Of a stretch of 64,000 nt of DNA, positions 1 through 12,800 are shown in pieces (position 1 is the first letter of the stretch; the number at the start of each line of letters is the position of its first letter). A model generated the notes under the pieces. That model saw only the letters and a program-made list of their open reading frames with translations, had not been told where the DNA came from and searched no databases. The translations under genes and the position numbers were made by a program. Origin of the DNA: Camelus dromedarius (Eukaryota); contig NC_087437.1 in assembly GCF_036321535.1 (NCBI RefSeq), positions 120,654,001 through 120,718,000 of the forward strand, written 5' to 3'.

Positions 1-1870
1 TCCCCTAAATTCAATTTGTGTATAAAACCTTCCAACGGAGAGCACTCTTGGCCCGGCTGACGTCACTGATGAATTCTACCGAACATTCAAGGAAGAAGCA
101 GCCCGGATTCTCTGCAAAGTCCCCCGGGAGTTGGGAGAGGAGGGAATGCGTCTTAGCTCACTCGGTGAGGCCAGCGTCCCCCTGGCACCAAAACCAAACA
201 AGGGCCGTGGACCAGTATCCATCATAGGCAAAATCTTTCAGGAATTAGAAAATTTTTGCAAATCAAAGCCAGCGACATGTGAAAAGGATACTGCGTCATA
301 CCGGATGGGATGCAAAGTTGGTTTAACATTCTAAATCAGTTGTTACAATTCACTCTACTGGCAGACAGAAAAAGAAAAACCGTATCACCATCTCAGTGGT
401 GCAGAAAAGACAAAAGAAAGGACTTAGTATTCATTCGTGGTAAAAAGGAAAGAAAGAAAGCGAAAGCAAAGCCAAAAAAAAAAAAAAAAAAAAAAAGACC
501 GCAGCAGTCCAGAACAGAGAAGACGCCCTCAGCCCAGTAAAGGGCTCTGTGGAAGGCCTGTCGCGAGTGTCCTGCCTGATGGGGAGAGACCGACGGTGTC
601 CTTCCGGGCGGGGAGCCAGGAGAGGACATCTGCTCTCACCTCACTCAACATTGTCCTCGAAAGGTAAGGCAAGAAAAGAAAGAAGAGACATACAGCATGG
701 AATAAAAGAAGTAAAATTGTCTTTATTCACAGATGACATGCTGGCCGATGTGGGAAATGCTAAGAAACCCACAAGAAAGTTACTAGACCAATGGATGGGT
801 TTGGTGACGTTACGGGACACCAAGTTATTACAACAAACTGATTTTATTTCTGTGCACCAGCACTGAACATATAAAAGCTGTAATAAAACACCATTTATAA
901 TAGCATCAAAAGTGTGAACGTCGGGAGGATCAATCTAACAAAATGGTGCCAGAGAAACCGAAGACCTAAGTAAACGGAGAGAGATGCTCTGTGAATGCGC
1001 CGCAGGACCCGATGTTCTTAAAATGCCGATCTACCAGAATTGATACATAGATCCGGTGCAGTCACAATCAAAATCCTGGCAAGGCTTTTTGTAGAAAGTT
1101 ACAGACTTAGTCTAAAATTTACATGAAAATTCAAGGACCTGGGAGAGCCGGGCTAATTTTGAAGAGACACACAAAAGAGTCCCTGGTTTTCAGACTTCCT
1201 CTGTTGCTACAGTAATCTAGACCCCGTGGAAGTAGCAAAAAAAGTGTAGATGAAGATCAACAGAATGGAAAGATTCCAGAAACAAAGCAACACATTTATA
1301 GTCACTTCATTTCCAACAGAAGTTCCAACATAGTTCAGCGGAGAAGCGAGCGTGTTGTCAATAAACATACCAGGACCTTCGCACAGCTGTGTATAAAGCT
1401 GAACCTTTGCCCAACTTCGTCCCATGTTAAAAAACTAACTCAAAGTGGATCACAGATCTAAGCGTGCAAGCTAAAACTGTAAGATTTATAGAAGAAAAAA
1501 GTGGTATCTACATGCAGTGTAATATTACTCAGCCTTAAAAACAAAATTCTGACCCACGCTACAACATGGATGAGCCTTGAGGGGAAGTAAGCCAGACACG
1601 AAAGGACAAATACTGTGTGACTGCACCTTCGTGTCAAGTTCCCGGGGTCGGAAGGTCAGGTGGGGAGTGCCAGGGGCTGGGCCAGGGCTGGTGGGCGAGT
1701 GTCGTGGGCCGAGTTTGTCTGGGAAGAGGGACAGGGTCTGTGGGTGGACGGTAGTGATGGTTGCACACACTGCGAACGTACTTGATGCCACTGACCTGTG
1801 CGCTTAGACGTGGTTCCAGTGGTGACTTGTGTGTGTGTTTTACCACAATTTAAAACAAGCAAACAAAAAC
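1..1870 (+). mobile_element. Old L1 (L1M-type) relic: degenerate ORF2 plus 3' UTR
   Basis: Remnant RT motif IKEVKLSLFTDDM near 700-740; L1MB-like 3' end (acaacatggatgagccttgag...gtgatggttgcacac...ttttaccacaatttaaaa). Confidence 0.85.
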
Positions 1871-2440
1871 AAGGGCTAAATTAGCCAGTAGGCTGGGATT
1901 TTGCTTGCTGATTGCAGCCAAGCTGTGTGGCAGGAGGGCTGGTCTGGTCTGGAGAGCCCATCCCGCCGGGTTTGGGGGTCTGGGGGGCAGCGGGTGTGCA
2001 GCTGAGGCCGCAAGGTTGCTGTGCGGGGAACCAGGGCCCAGAGGGCCCCCCGCCTGGAGGCCAGTCTGCTCGGCCTCCTCTGTGGGAGACAGCTCACTGT
2101 CAGCTGCTCTGGGAGCCCGCGGGGAGGTTGAAATTGCTTTGCAGTCCTTCCTGGGGCGTGACCTGTGGGCCTCTCTGGTTTGTTCATTTATGGGCCATCT
2201 GTTGGGCCTCCTTATGAGGCGGGGGGCAGCAACAGTGCTCGAAAAGGCCCAAACAGGCTGTCCCTGCTGTTTGCTTGTTGGTGGCCGGTTGGGTACATCG
2301 GGAAACAAGGCACATCCGTCACTGTCTGTCTCCCTGAGGTGCAGGCTCTGATGTGACGTGGCTGCGTGTGGCTCACTCACGCTGTGTCTTTCCTGCGCAG
2401 GTGAATCTGTGCTTGTGCCTTTCACTCTCGGGCCTTCAAG

Positions 2441-2502
2441 TCGGAGCCTTCTGAGGACGACTCTGCCCCGCTGCCCCGCTGCCCCCCTGCCCCCGTGCCG
2501 CG
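2441..2502 (+). other. AGPAT3: Candidate 5' UTR exon of AGPAT3 (alternative acceptor at 2400/2401)
   Basis: Acceptor gcctttcactctcgggccttcaag| (or tctttcctgcgcag| at 2400) and strong donor CG|GTGAGT at 2502/03. Confidence 0.55.
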
Positions 2503-4519
2503 GTGAGTTAGAGGAGGCGCCTGACGCTTGAGCCACGTGTGTGTGCTTATTTCTGTCCCCCAGAGCAGCGCTGGAGTGGGTCTTGCCCCGTGCCCCGGGC
2601 CTGCTCTGTTGGCAGACACGGAAGTCTGCCACCTGGAGAGCCAGGCCTGCCCATCTGGCTTCGATGACATGGAAGGGGCCCTTGGGGCGCGGTCCGGCCT
2701 TAGTGTGTAGTTGGTTGATTTTCTTAAAGGGGTGAATACTTTAAAGGTTTCCTCCAGCCAAAGGATATTTATTATAATCAGTTCCCGTTTGGCCCAAATC
2801 CAAATGAAAAAGTTCAGGCAGAGCAGTTTCTTTCCCCTTCTGTCCTTTCCTGGGGGGACGAGCTAAAATTGCAGGGGCACCTGTGGGGGCGTCTGTGGGC
2901 ATCACCCCGCAGACCTGGAAGTCCCTGAGTCTTTCTGTCTGTCTCTCTTTTAATGGAAGCATAGTTGGTTGCGCGCAGCACGGTGATTCAGTCATGCACG
3001 TACGTGTCTTTGAGATGGATGCAGCTGCCCAGTTCAGACATCCAGGGTGGACGTATGATCTGGTGGTCAGAGTGCACGTTTTCCAGGAGAAGGAGAGCCC
3101 TGTTTGCCATCGGAGCCTTCTGCTTCTGCAGGGAGCTCCCCTGGGAAGCCCAGTGTTAACCAGGTGTCCCTAGTTATCTGGGACTGAGGACAGAGCCTGT
3201 CCCACAGAGTGACCTCAAGTGACCTGGGTGCTCTCCTGTCCTCCGTGTCCTGACTCCGGGCAGCCCAGGCCTTTTAGGGCCCATGCTGACCACCTCCCTT
3301 CTGCACCGGCACCCAGACGTTTTGGGATCTGCTGTGTGAGGTGCCTGAGCGACGGGCTCCTTTTGTCTTAATCAGCCTCGACCAGGAGGCCTCTTCCTGC
3401 TGCTGCTTCTTGGGCCCGGGCGACATCTGTCTCCTAGCACCCCTTCTGCAGGGAGCGAGTCCAGCCGTTCTGTTTGGCAGTTTACACGGTTAGCTCGTGG
3501 TCCCCAGCTCTTGGTGGGCTGGCAGTTCCACCTCCTGTCACAGTGACCCCGCGTGCTGGGAGCTGCTCGTCACTCAAGGTCAAGCCCCTGGGGTGGGGCA
3601 GGGTCAGTGCAGCCCAGGGCTGGTCTCCTGCTTTCTGTGTTTATGGTCCTGCCTGGTTACCAGTCGTGTTGCTTGAATACATGAATGGCACCGCTGTTCC
3701 TCCTCAGTGTTCAAATTAAAATTACTTTGCTTAGTGTCTCTTTATAATTAAATGTTTTATTATGCATGCTCATCGGATAACTGGTGACAGATGTGAGACC
3801 CATGACAGCCCTCAGCCCCTGCGTTCTCTGAGCGTCTCCAACCTCCCGAGTCAGCAAAGGTGTAGTCGCCTTTTTTGCTCATTACTGATTCAGTACCCAG
3901 TTATGGTTTCCACTGTTACACTGTTGCAAGCTGCTATTCTGTGCAAAAGAAAGCCAAACTACATTGTATCCTAAAATTGAGTGCTCCGTGTGTTCCTTCC
4001 CTTTTGATTATCACCTGGCAACGGGGCAACTGTACTCGGCAGAAAGGAGAATTTCCTGTAACTGCCCTCGCCCCGGGCGGCGGCGCGGGAGCTGTGGGTG
4101 GCACCAAGAGCCTTTTGATCTGTGAAGTGTATTGCGTTGTGTAAGGCAGGCATGTCGTCAGCAGGGGTTTGTTTCCGGGGGGAGAATGGCCGAGGTCACT
4201 GGCTATCAGGCAGCCTTCTCCCAGAAGGATGGAATTTGGGAGGTTGGAGACGGGAATCAGTCTCATCTCCATCTTTTCTGAGGATGGGGCCTCTACGTTC
4301 CCTAACAATTGAGGACTGGAAAAAGAACCAGTAACTTTATGCTTTTCAGCTACGGAATGATACCAGATCGGATTCACAACCCAGCATCCAGGTTAACTCA
4401 ACGTTTACAGAAACGACTTCCAGTTACGTGCACACAACCTGCCATTTCATAGAGGCAGGGAAGAGGCAGCAGCACGCCCCCCGCCCCAGGCTGCTGTCGC
4501 CGGTGTTGGAGTTTAAAAG

Positions 4520-4790
4520 CAAACTGTTTGCTGATGGCTTGAGCTGGTACCTCTCCAAAGACGTCCAAATGTCTCATAAACACCCAGAAGGACGTGCACC
4601 CTCATTAATCGTCAGAGCAACGAGAGTTACAAAGCCCAGTGTGGGGTCTGTGTGGCCCGTGGCTGCGGAGGGGAGACGGAGCTGGCGGCTGCGGGTGAGG
4701 AGCGGGGGGCTCACTCGGCGTCCTGGTGGCCACAGCCTGGTCCAACCCCTTGGAGAACTCTGACACTCTTACTAGGAATGCCGGCGGAGC
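4520..4790 (+). mobile_element. Highly degenerate L1 ORF2 3' fragment
   Basis: acctctccaaagacgtccaaatg...ctcattaatcgtcagagcaa resembles the L1 ORF2 end. Confidence 0.45.
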
Positions 4791-7700
4791 TGAGCACCTT
4801 AAAACCCCTCATCACTCAGTTCTCTCCCGCTCTGTGCCGAGTGACTCTTATTTGTGTTTTTCCGATGAGGACGAGCCCTTTGCCTGCTCTCGCCTGCCCC
4901 GTGGCCCCTCTGGGGTTCGGAGCCCCTGCCCTGCCCTGAGGGCGGGCATGTGTGGTGCCCTGGAGGACACTCGTGCTGGCAGTCACGTCCTGCGCCAGCC
5001 CTGCGGAACCAGCCATCGCTGCCCTGGTGGGAGAGGCCGGGAGACCCCTGGGGCCCGGGCTGTGGGGCGGTCCTCCACGTGGACCCCCAGGCACTGACGC
5101 TCCTGAGAACCAGCCCAGCGTGGCCCCGGGCAGAGCGCTCAGTCACTGGCTGTGGCCCCTCACTGACAAACCGCAGGACAAAGCAAGCGTCTCTTCTGTG
5201 TAATTACTGCAGGTTTGGCTCGTGCTGGTTTCCGCCAACTCTCCTTACAGGTTTAAGATGATCAGAAGGCTTTCCTTAGTCTGTCTTGGGCACTGATGCT
5301 GAAACCCCAGCCCTCCTGCCGTGGCCCATGTGGACCATGGACTCAGAACCGAGTGCAAGGCCCTCACGCCCTCAGGGAGGGGCCCTGCGGCCGGGGTGCG
5401 GGAGGTGGGCACAGGGAGGAGTCGGTGGGAGCCCCTGCCCGGCTCCACCCTGGCCCGAGTTTGAGGACGGGCTCTCTTTGCTCTAAAGGCAACGTGAGGG
5501 GCTGAGCAGAGGGCTCAGACTGTGACCGCCAGGTAGTGTCTAGAGAAGACGTGGCCCCTACAGGGTAAGCTTTTTCCTTAGAAAACAGTCTTGCCGGTGT
5601 TCAGCGTGATTGGTGGGACTGTCGTACCCGCTGCAGAGACAAAAGATGGGCGCTTTATAAGCAAGCAAGATAATTTCTGTTAATATTTAAATTTTAATCA
5701 AAGAAGTGATACGTGCTTATAAAAATAAAACACAGAACCAAATCTGATAAATAATCAAAATTTTATTCTTTACTCCACCCGAATCCCACCCTTTTTCCTG
5801 GAGGGAACTGCTATAGATGGCTTGTGGTTTGTCCTTCCAGAGCTTGTCAAAACACACATGAGAACATACATGCACAGCGTTTCTAAACCTGTGTCTGCCC
5901 GTCACAACGTGCATCTGTGCAACGTGATTGTTAACTTCCTTGGGAGCCTTAGTGCACACAGACCCACCTCATTTAAAAACTTGACTTCCTCTTTTATGTG
6001 TATATGCTAAAGAGCTGGGTATACACGTGTGTCCACACGCATGCACACACGTACACACACATGCTTTACAGGAAGTGTCTGGTAATGGTTTCAGAGCACA
6101 GGTCATAGTTTATTTGGACCAGAGTACGCTTTCCAGAGATGTGTTTGCGTGTCTCAGAAGGCGTCGTAGAGCCAGCACGCTCGGACTCGTGTTGAGGGAG
6201 GGGCTGGCGGGGGCCGGGGGCGCGGTGGAGCTGGTCCGCGGAGACGGCCGCGAGGGCCCCGTGCCTCTGCCGTGTCGGACCGGCCCCGCCCGGCCCAGCT
6301 GCCCGACCCGCTGGAAGGTGGACTCTGCCCCCTGCCCACGTGGCGTCTCTGGCTGGTGCAGTTCCTAAGTTTGCAGGGGGCGAGGGGGGAGGCCCTGCAT
6401 GAACAGTGGCCTGGGCCAGAGTCCCTTTCCACCAGGGAGTGTCTGCTTTCTGGAACATTCCACGCTGTTCCTCTTGTGATGTGCACGCACGTCTGCAGGC
6501 ATTTTATTGCCTGGTCGCCAGTGCTCGTTAGTGAGGCCGCATCCTTCAAGCACCTAAAGTCCGAGCATGGCCGGGCTTCCGCTGACTCCGCTTGTCCGCG
6601 AGGCCGCGGTATCGGGGCCCTGTCTCTTGTCCCATGGACGCTGATGGCCTGGCAACGCTTCATCTCTTGTGAATAGACCTGAAAACCGGAGAACCCTCTT
6701 GAATCCCCAGGTCCCAGCACCAGGCATCCTGCCACCTGCCTGGCTCCGCGCCAGCAGCTCCAACTGGGGCAGGAGTGGGGCTGCGCCTGGGGGACGCGTC
6801 TCCTGGGGCCAGGGTTCCCTGAGCCGCCGCCCCCACTTGGCGTTGCCTGAAGTGGTCTCCCGTGGAAACGTCGGGACAGAGGCAGGCAGGGGACCGTGGT
6901 GCTCAGACAGCCCTGGATGCTGAAGGAAGACCTGTCGCCTCACACACCTGGGGCCCCTTCTTGGTTTTAGTGCCACTTCGTGTCTTTCTGGTCCCTCCAG
7001 CGACGTGAGCATCTCCCAAGGAAGCCCCTGGCAGGCCCGGCGGGGAGGCACTGCCGGCCTGAGTGCTGCTGCCAGCCCACCGGCACCCCGTCCTCACCAG
7101 GGACTTGCCTCAAGAACTTACTGGATCTTCTGTGTAGACAGTCTTGTCATCAACGAATGACAAGAGCTTGTTTTCTTCTTTTAAGTCCTATTTCTCTTAC
7201 TTCTTTATGTGTCTTGTCACAGTGGCTGCGGTAAGATCTCTGAGCAGCAGGAGCCTCGGTGGCAGAGGCCTGTAAGCAGCTATGAGTGGGGTTGAACTCA
7301 CCCTCTGCTTTTCCCGAATCTAATGACACGATCGTGTCGGTTTTTTCCTTTTATCTCTTGCTGACAGTAACTAGATTTCTTGATTTTCTGTGGTAGACCA
7401 TTCCTGTGTCCTGGTATAAACCAGATTCGGTCAAGTGTGCTTTGGTGACTACATGGCTGGAATCACTTTGCTAATGCACATTGTTGCCAGTGGCCCATCT
7501 GTGTTCACGCACGTGACCGGCCGGTTAAGTAATGGGCATTTTGCCTGCTTCCTGCTGTTTGCTGGAGTGGCCCTAGTGTTTGTCCTTTAAGTAAACACTG
7601 ACTCTGGGTCTTAGGTACTGTCACCTCGCAGGGAACTATACAGTGAGTGTGCCATCTCGGGGGGAAGCGTGTAGTGAGCATATGTAATACTTCCAGTTGC

Positions 7701-7961
7701 TCTTACTTTTTTGAGTGTTTCAATCAGGAAGTGAAGTTAGATTTTGTTAAATTACCTGCCTAGCATTCTTTTTAAAGATATAGGATGGATTTTATTGGTA
7801 GATTGTCCACTATCAAACCATCCTTGCATTCATGGAATAGACCCCACTTGGTCACGATGTATTGTTTTTTAATGTGCTGTTAGATTCTGTTTGCTAAATT
7901 TTAATTTAATTTTAATTTGCTAATTTTTAAGGGAATTTTTATGTTTGTATTCATAAGTAAA

Positions 7962-8680
7962 GAGCAATGAATCTCAAATATTTGGTCTCTTTACCAATAA
8001 TCTTAAAGAATTATTGAAGGCCCTAAAGAACTTTTGCTTTTGTGAGTTGTATCTACTGTGGTTCTCAGCAGGGGGTGGGCCTTCTCCCACCCAAGGGGAC
8101 ATGCGGTGTGATCAGGAGATGTTTTTGGCGGACACAGTGTGTGTGGCGGGCTGCAGCTGCCGCATCTAGTGGGGGATTCAGGGACGCTGCCAGGTATCCC
8201 ACGAAGCCCAGGGCATCCCCACAGCAAAGGAGCACCTGGTCCAAAATGGCATTTGTGTCACAGTTGAGAAGCTCTGCTGCTGATGTGTAATAGTTTAGAA
8301 ATTAACCCTGAGAGCATTTCAAAATACTTATTAAATAATTCCTTTAAAAGAGCAGCAATAAACTCATTACATGTTCACATAAATAACATTTTTATAAAGA
8401 AAACCTATGCTTTCCTAAACTGAAAAAAGTATAGTGAGGAGAGGGGCATTGTCTTATATTTTGGCAATGCAATTAATCTCTCAAATGTCTTACCTGTTAG
8501 GGGACCCCCGAAAATAGCTGCTTCTGCATTCAGACTGTTTTACTGGGTTGTTTGATGAAGGTTGATACGGAAAATTCTGCCTCACCAAGTGCGTGCTTGG
8601 AAAACTAAGGACTCTCAGATCTAACAACGGGGTCTTGGGAACCCCTGGGGTCCTCACATCACACTTGAGAACCATTGATT
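7962..8680. mobile_element. hAT-Charlie (Charlie1-like) DNA transposon relic
   Basis: Termini resembling CAGTGGTTCTCAA at both ends (caatgaatctcaaa / ttgagaaccattg); internal text matches the recalled Charlie1 consensus. Confidence 0.7.
8056..8276 (+). mobile_element. MER20 (hAT-Charlie MITE)
   Basis: ctgtggttctca...ggggacat...catctagtggg...gttgagaagctctg; ~220 bp with terminal inverted repeats. Confidence 0.85.
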
Positions 8681-11600
8681 TAGACACGTTTCCTCCCTGC
8701 TGCCTGCCTTCTTCATTCTTCCTGGATTCATTCTCACACTTGCTTCATAAAAAATCATTTGGAAATTTTCCTTCCTTCTCTATGTTCTTGAGGTTAAATC
8801 ATTGTAAGACAATCTGTTCTTACAGGATTGGTGGAATTCTCTTGTGAAATCACCTGGGTTTGGTAGCTTTCATTAGTGGTAGCGCTGACAGATACCTCTT
8901 TTAATTCTATAAAAATAGGTCTGTTCAGACTTTCTATCTTTTCTGGGGTCACTGTTTTTGTAAATTTTTTCTATTAGAAAATTACCTGCTTCATCTAGGT
9001 TTCCAAATTTATCTGCATAGAGATGTGCAATTATTTCCATGATTTAAAAAAATTGTCTTCTTTTGAAGGTTATTCTCTCCTTTCTTATTTTATGTATTTT
9101 GTTCCCCCTTTTCTTAGTTTATTTTTATTGCTATGAGGGACTCATCTGTTTTATTGATGTTTTCCAAAACCCACTTTTAAAGTTTAGCTGTTAATCGGAA
9201 TGCTTTTTTTCTCTCTCTCTCTTTTTTTTTTTTTTTTGCTTTTGCCTTTATTAATTCCATCAGTTACTCTTTTATTTTCTTCTGACTTTCTGAATCGGAG
9301 CCTCCACTCTCTTATTTTCATGCTTTCGTTTCTAAAGACTTAAAGTATTTAATGTGATAAATTTTCCTCTAAACACTGCTTTAGTTTTCATTATGTTTCT
9401 AGAAATTCTGCAGCTTGGGTTTCTACTTCCCCCGGGAGGAGCATCTTAGAGGAAAACATTTACATCTGTTGGGAGCCCTTTCTGTTTCCTGATTTTATTT
9501 ATAATTTCTAGGGAATATTGTTTGTGTTTAGTTACTGTTTGGCATTTGTTGAAAATTTCTTGGTTGCGTATTTTAGGGGCTCTGTTCACCAGTGTTTCCA
9601 TGAGCAGCTGGAAGGGGGGGCAGCCTCACTTACCAAGCACAGGATTGGCTGCACGTCCTCGGAGTCCACTCCATCAGTCTTGCTGTTACAGCTCCTCTGG
9701 TCCTTCTGACCACTGTTCTTTTCTGGGTTGAAAGAGATGTATTAGTGTCTCCTATTATTAGCGCCTTTGATTTGTTCCTGTGGCGTCCCCAGTAATTTCT
9801 GCTTTATGAAGAGTGTTGCTGGATTACTTGGCCCGCGGGTGTTAACCTGCTGCATCTTCCTTAAGAACGTTAGTCCGGAGCATCATAGGTGTTCCTGGTT
9901 TGTCTCATTGCATTTCGCTCGCCTGGTTGTTCTCTGACACTGAGGTCTTGCCCCTGTTGTGGGGGCGTTTCCTGAGTGCACCCTCATTCCTCGCTTGCAG
10001 CCGCGCTGAGTAATTCTCTTACACCTCGCGGGGCTGGGTTCTGTTTCATAAGCTGCTGTGAAACTATTTCCCTGTTAGGAGCTGATCTTAGCCCCGCGTA
10101 CTGACCGATAGGATGCACGTGTTTGGATTAGTGCTGTCGGTGTTCTGTGCATTTGGGGGGTAAGCACAGAGAGGCTGCTGCCCGCACAGCACACGCACGG
10201 CGCAGACACGGTGCTCCATGCACGCAGTGCTCTCTCCCGTCGCCCTTCTGGTGTTTTGCCTTGTGCTGCTTGGTGGTGCTGCCCTGATGGTTGGGGCAGT
10301 GTGTGTTCTGCCTTAGTGGCTACCTCATATGAATGCCTTTACATCAGATCCTGAGTTCCCCCTTTTGGATACTATCTGTCCTTTCTCTACTAAGAGGGAC
10401 AATAAAATGCCCTGTGACCTCCCCGTCCCCAAGACTTTCCCTCCCCCGGCACCTGGTCCCGCCGCCCCTGCACACCTGAGCTGTTCTTGCCGGTCGCTCA
10501 GCTGCCCCGACGTCGTTTTACCTGCCGTGGTGGGTGGAATGATGGCACCCTGCTTGGTTATCGGAGCACATAGCATGTCCCGTTGGGTCAGCCCTCTCTG
10601 CCTGGCCTTCTCTCTCCACCTGAACGTCCTGGTGGCTCACCACGTCTGGATCAGTCGTGGGCACGGGTTTGGACTGTCCGTGTGAACGGAGCCACTCTTC
10701 CCCGGGTCCCAGCCCCTGTCACCCCTCCAGGACCTCTTGCCTGCAAGCTGTTTCTGCATCTTACTCTGGTACCCAGTGCTCGCTCCGTGGGCGTTTGTCT
10801 GCGTGTCTTTCCTTTGCCTTCGGTTTCAGTCTTTCTGTGACATCATGTCTTAGCGTCATTTGTCTCTTGTGAATCTAGCGGGCTGCTGGGTTCTTAAACT
10901 GCTGGTGAGACTCACTGTGGTCACTGATGGACTTGGACTTTCTACTTCATCACCTTCATCATTCATCTTCCTTCTCCTTTGTTCTCCTGCCTTCTCTTGA
11001 CTTTAATCTGTTAAATGTGCTCATCAGCTCCTGTCCTCGGAGCGGTGCCCTTCCGGCAGCAGGAGGCCTGGTGCACGGAGATACAGAGCATTGGTGTCTG
11101 CTTTCTTCCCAAATAGCACGGAGACCTGAGAACTGGGATTTGGGCTCACAGTGTTTTCAAGCCCTGATTCTGGAGCACAAGCCACCCTGTGCCAGGTGTT
11201 TGCCCCTCTGTGCTCTCATGGAGCCTCCGCCATGGCTCCTGGGCTCTGGGCGTCTTCTGCAGGTGAGGATCGGGGTGCTCGGAGAAGTGACTCTGGGCCG
11301 CCACGCCCGCCCACCACTTCCGTCCCTGCCCTCCCAGGGCCGTGCCTTTTGTCCTGTTCCTTCTCCACTCCAGACGCCCGTACTTTCTGAGCCTTCACCC
11401 TGCTGGCACCCCCGAGCCTGGGGACCCTTCCTGCGGCAGCTTTCTGGACTGGCCGGCAGGTGTCCTGTGTGGTGACACGCCTGTTCCTCGCGTGTGTGTG
11501 CGTGTGCGTGTCTTCCTGTGTGAAGGTGGGGTTCGGGGCTGCCGTCCTGTCCCAGCTCCGGTGACACCAGCAACTTGGCAAGATGTTGGCTTTATCAGGG

Positions 11601-12299
11601 CAGTGAATGGCCTTGGAGCAGTTCCACTGTTTGGTGCTTTGACAGCTTGTTTTCAGTTGATGATAAAATTTGCGATTGGTGGCTTTCCTCCTGTTAATCA
11701 GTAAGCAGCTCCATGCTGCCGGCTCTCTCAGCCGGGTCTCCAGGGACCGTGCTTACCGCCTTCTGACCCCAGAGTCCCAGGATGGGCCAGGCGGGCGTCG
11801 GGAGCTGGGCGTGTGCTGCAGCCACCGCGGGGGACAGCTGTGCTGGAGGACATTCCGCGGGGGTCCAGCGGTAGGTGCAAGTGTCAGGGTGTCTTTTTAC
11901 TGGTTTCTCCACATCTTGATCCTGTTTTTGTGAGGATTTAGCAAACATCTGATAGATTGTTGTGAGAACATGGGCTTCTTTGTTTGGAGTAAATTCTGTC
12001 TAGTGAAAAAGATTTCCCCTTTTGTGAATTAAAATCCTTAATCCCAGGATCTGGGCTTGAGGAGAGGAAGCTGGAGGAAGGAGGGGGTTTTGGTGGCTGG
12101 TGCCAGTGAGACGTGCCAGGAGGTAAGAAATTGTGGGTCGGGGGGCGCAGTTTGCTTTCCGGGCCGCTTGCAGTGGGCGTGTGCCCCTCAGTGAGGACAC
12201 CTTCTGATCCCAGATAGGCAGGGGCAGGAGGGTCCCTGAGAGAAGTGTCTCAGGACAGCAGAAGAGCCAGGCCCATCGGGCACGCCTCCACCCTGCTCC

Positions 12300-12400
12300 C
12301 CCAGGTGAGGGAGTGGAGACTCAGAGAGGTCCATCCGTCTGTCAAGGTCACACACTCCTGGGTGGAGAGGCCGGGATTGGAACCCAGGTAGTGCCTTCCG
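12300..12400 (-). mobile_element. MIR SINE fragment
   Basis: gagactcagagagg...caaggtcacaca...gccgggattggaacccagg core. Confidence 0.75.
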
Positions 12401-12465
12401 TGTTCTCTGCTGCTTTCAGAGGAGACGAGAAGTTTGTGCTGACCCAGAAGACCTTCCTGGTACGG

Positions 12466-12800
12466 TGTCTTAGTCCGTCCAGGCTGCCGTAACAGAAAAT
12501 CGCAGACAGGGCTGGCACACAACAGACGTTTATTTCTCACAGTTCTAGAGGCTGGAAGTTCAAGGTCAGGGTGCCGGCAGACTCGGTGTCCGGTGAGGAC
12601 CCGCTTCCTAGTTCATAGGCAGCCGTCTTCTCGCTGGGTCCTCGTGTGGTGGAAGGGGCGGGGGGCTCCCCGGGGTCTTTTACAAGGGGCTCCACCCTCA
12701 CGACCTAATCACCCCGAAGGCCCCACCGCACGTGCCATCCCACTGGGGACGACTAGGAGTTCAGCCGTGATTCTGGGGGAGGCGCGGCCCACCCACAGCA
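12466..12800 (-). mobile_element. MaLR solo LTR (MLT1A-like)
   Basis: TG...CA ends; tgtcttagtcc...tttatttctcacagttctagaggctggaagttcaaggtcagggtgccggcag signature. Confidence 0.85.

Larger units (their letters stand above)
7130..10900 (-). mobile_element. Old antisense L1 relic, interrupted by DNA transposons (boundaries approximate)
   Basis: T-rich strand with L1 ORF2 antisense signatures (aaccatccttgcattcatggaatagaccccacttggtca; gtgaaatcacctgggtttgg; catctaggtttccaaattt). Confidence 0.7.

Noticed and set aside
1850..2632. 260-aa minus-strand ORF
   Set aside because: No domain or codon bias; GC-rich chance ORF
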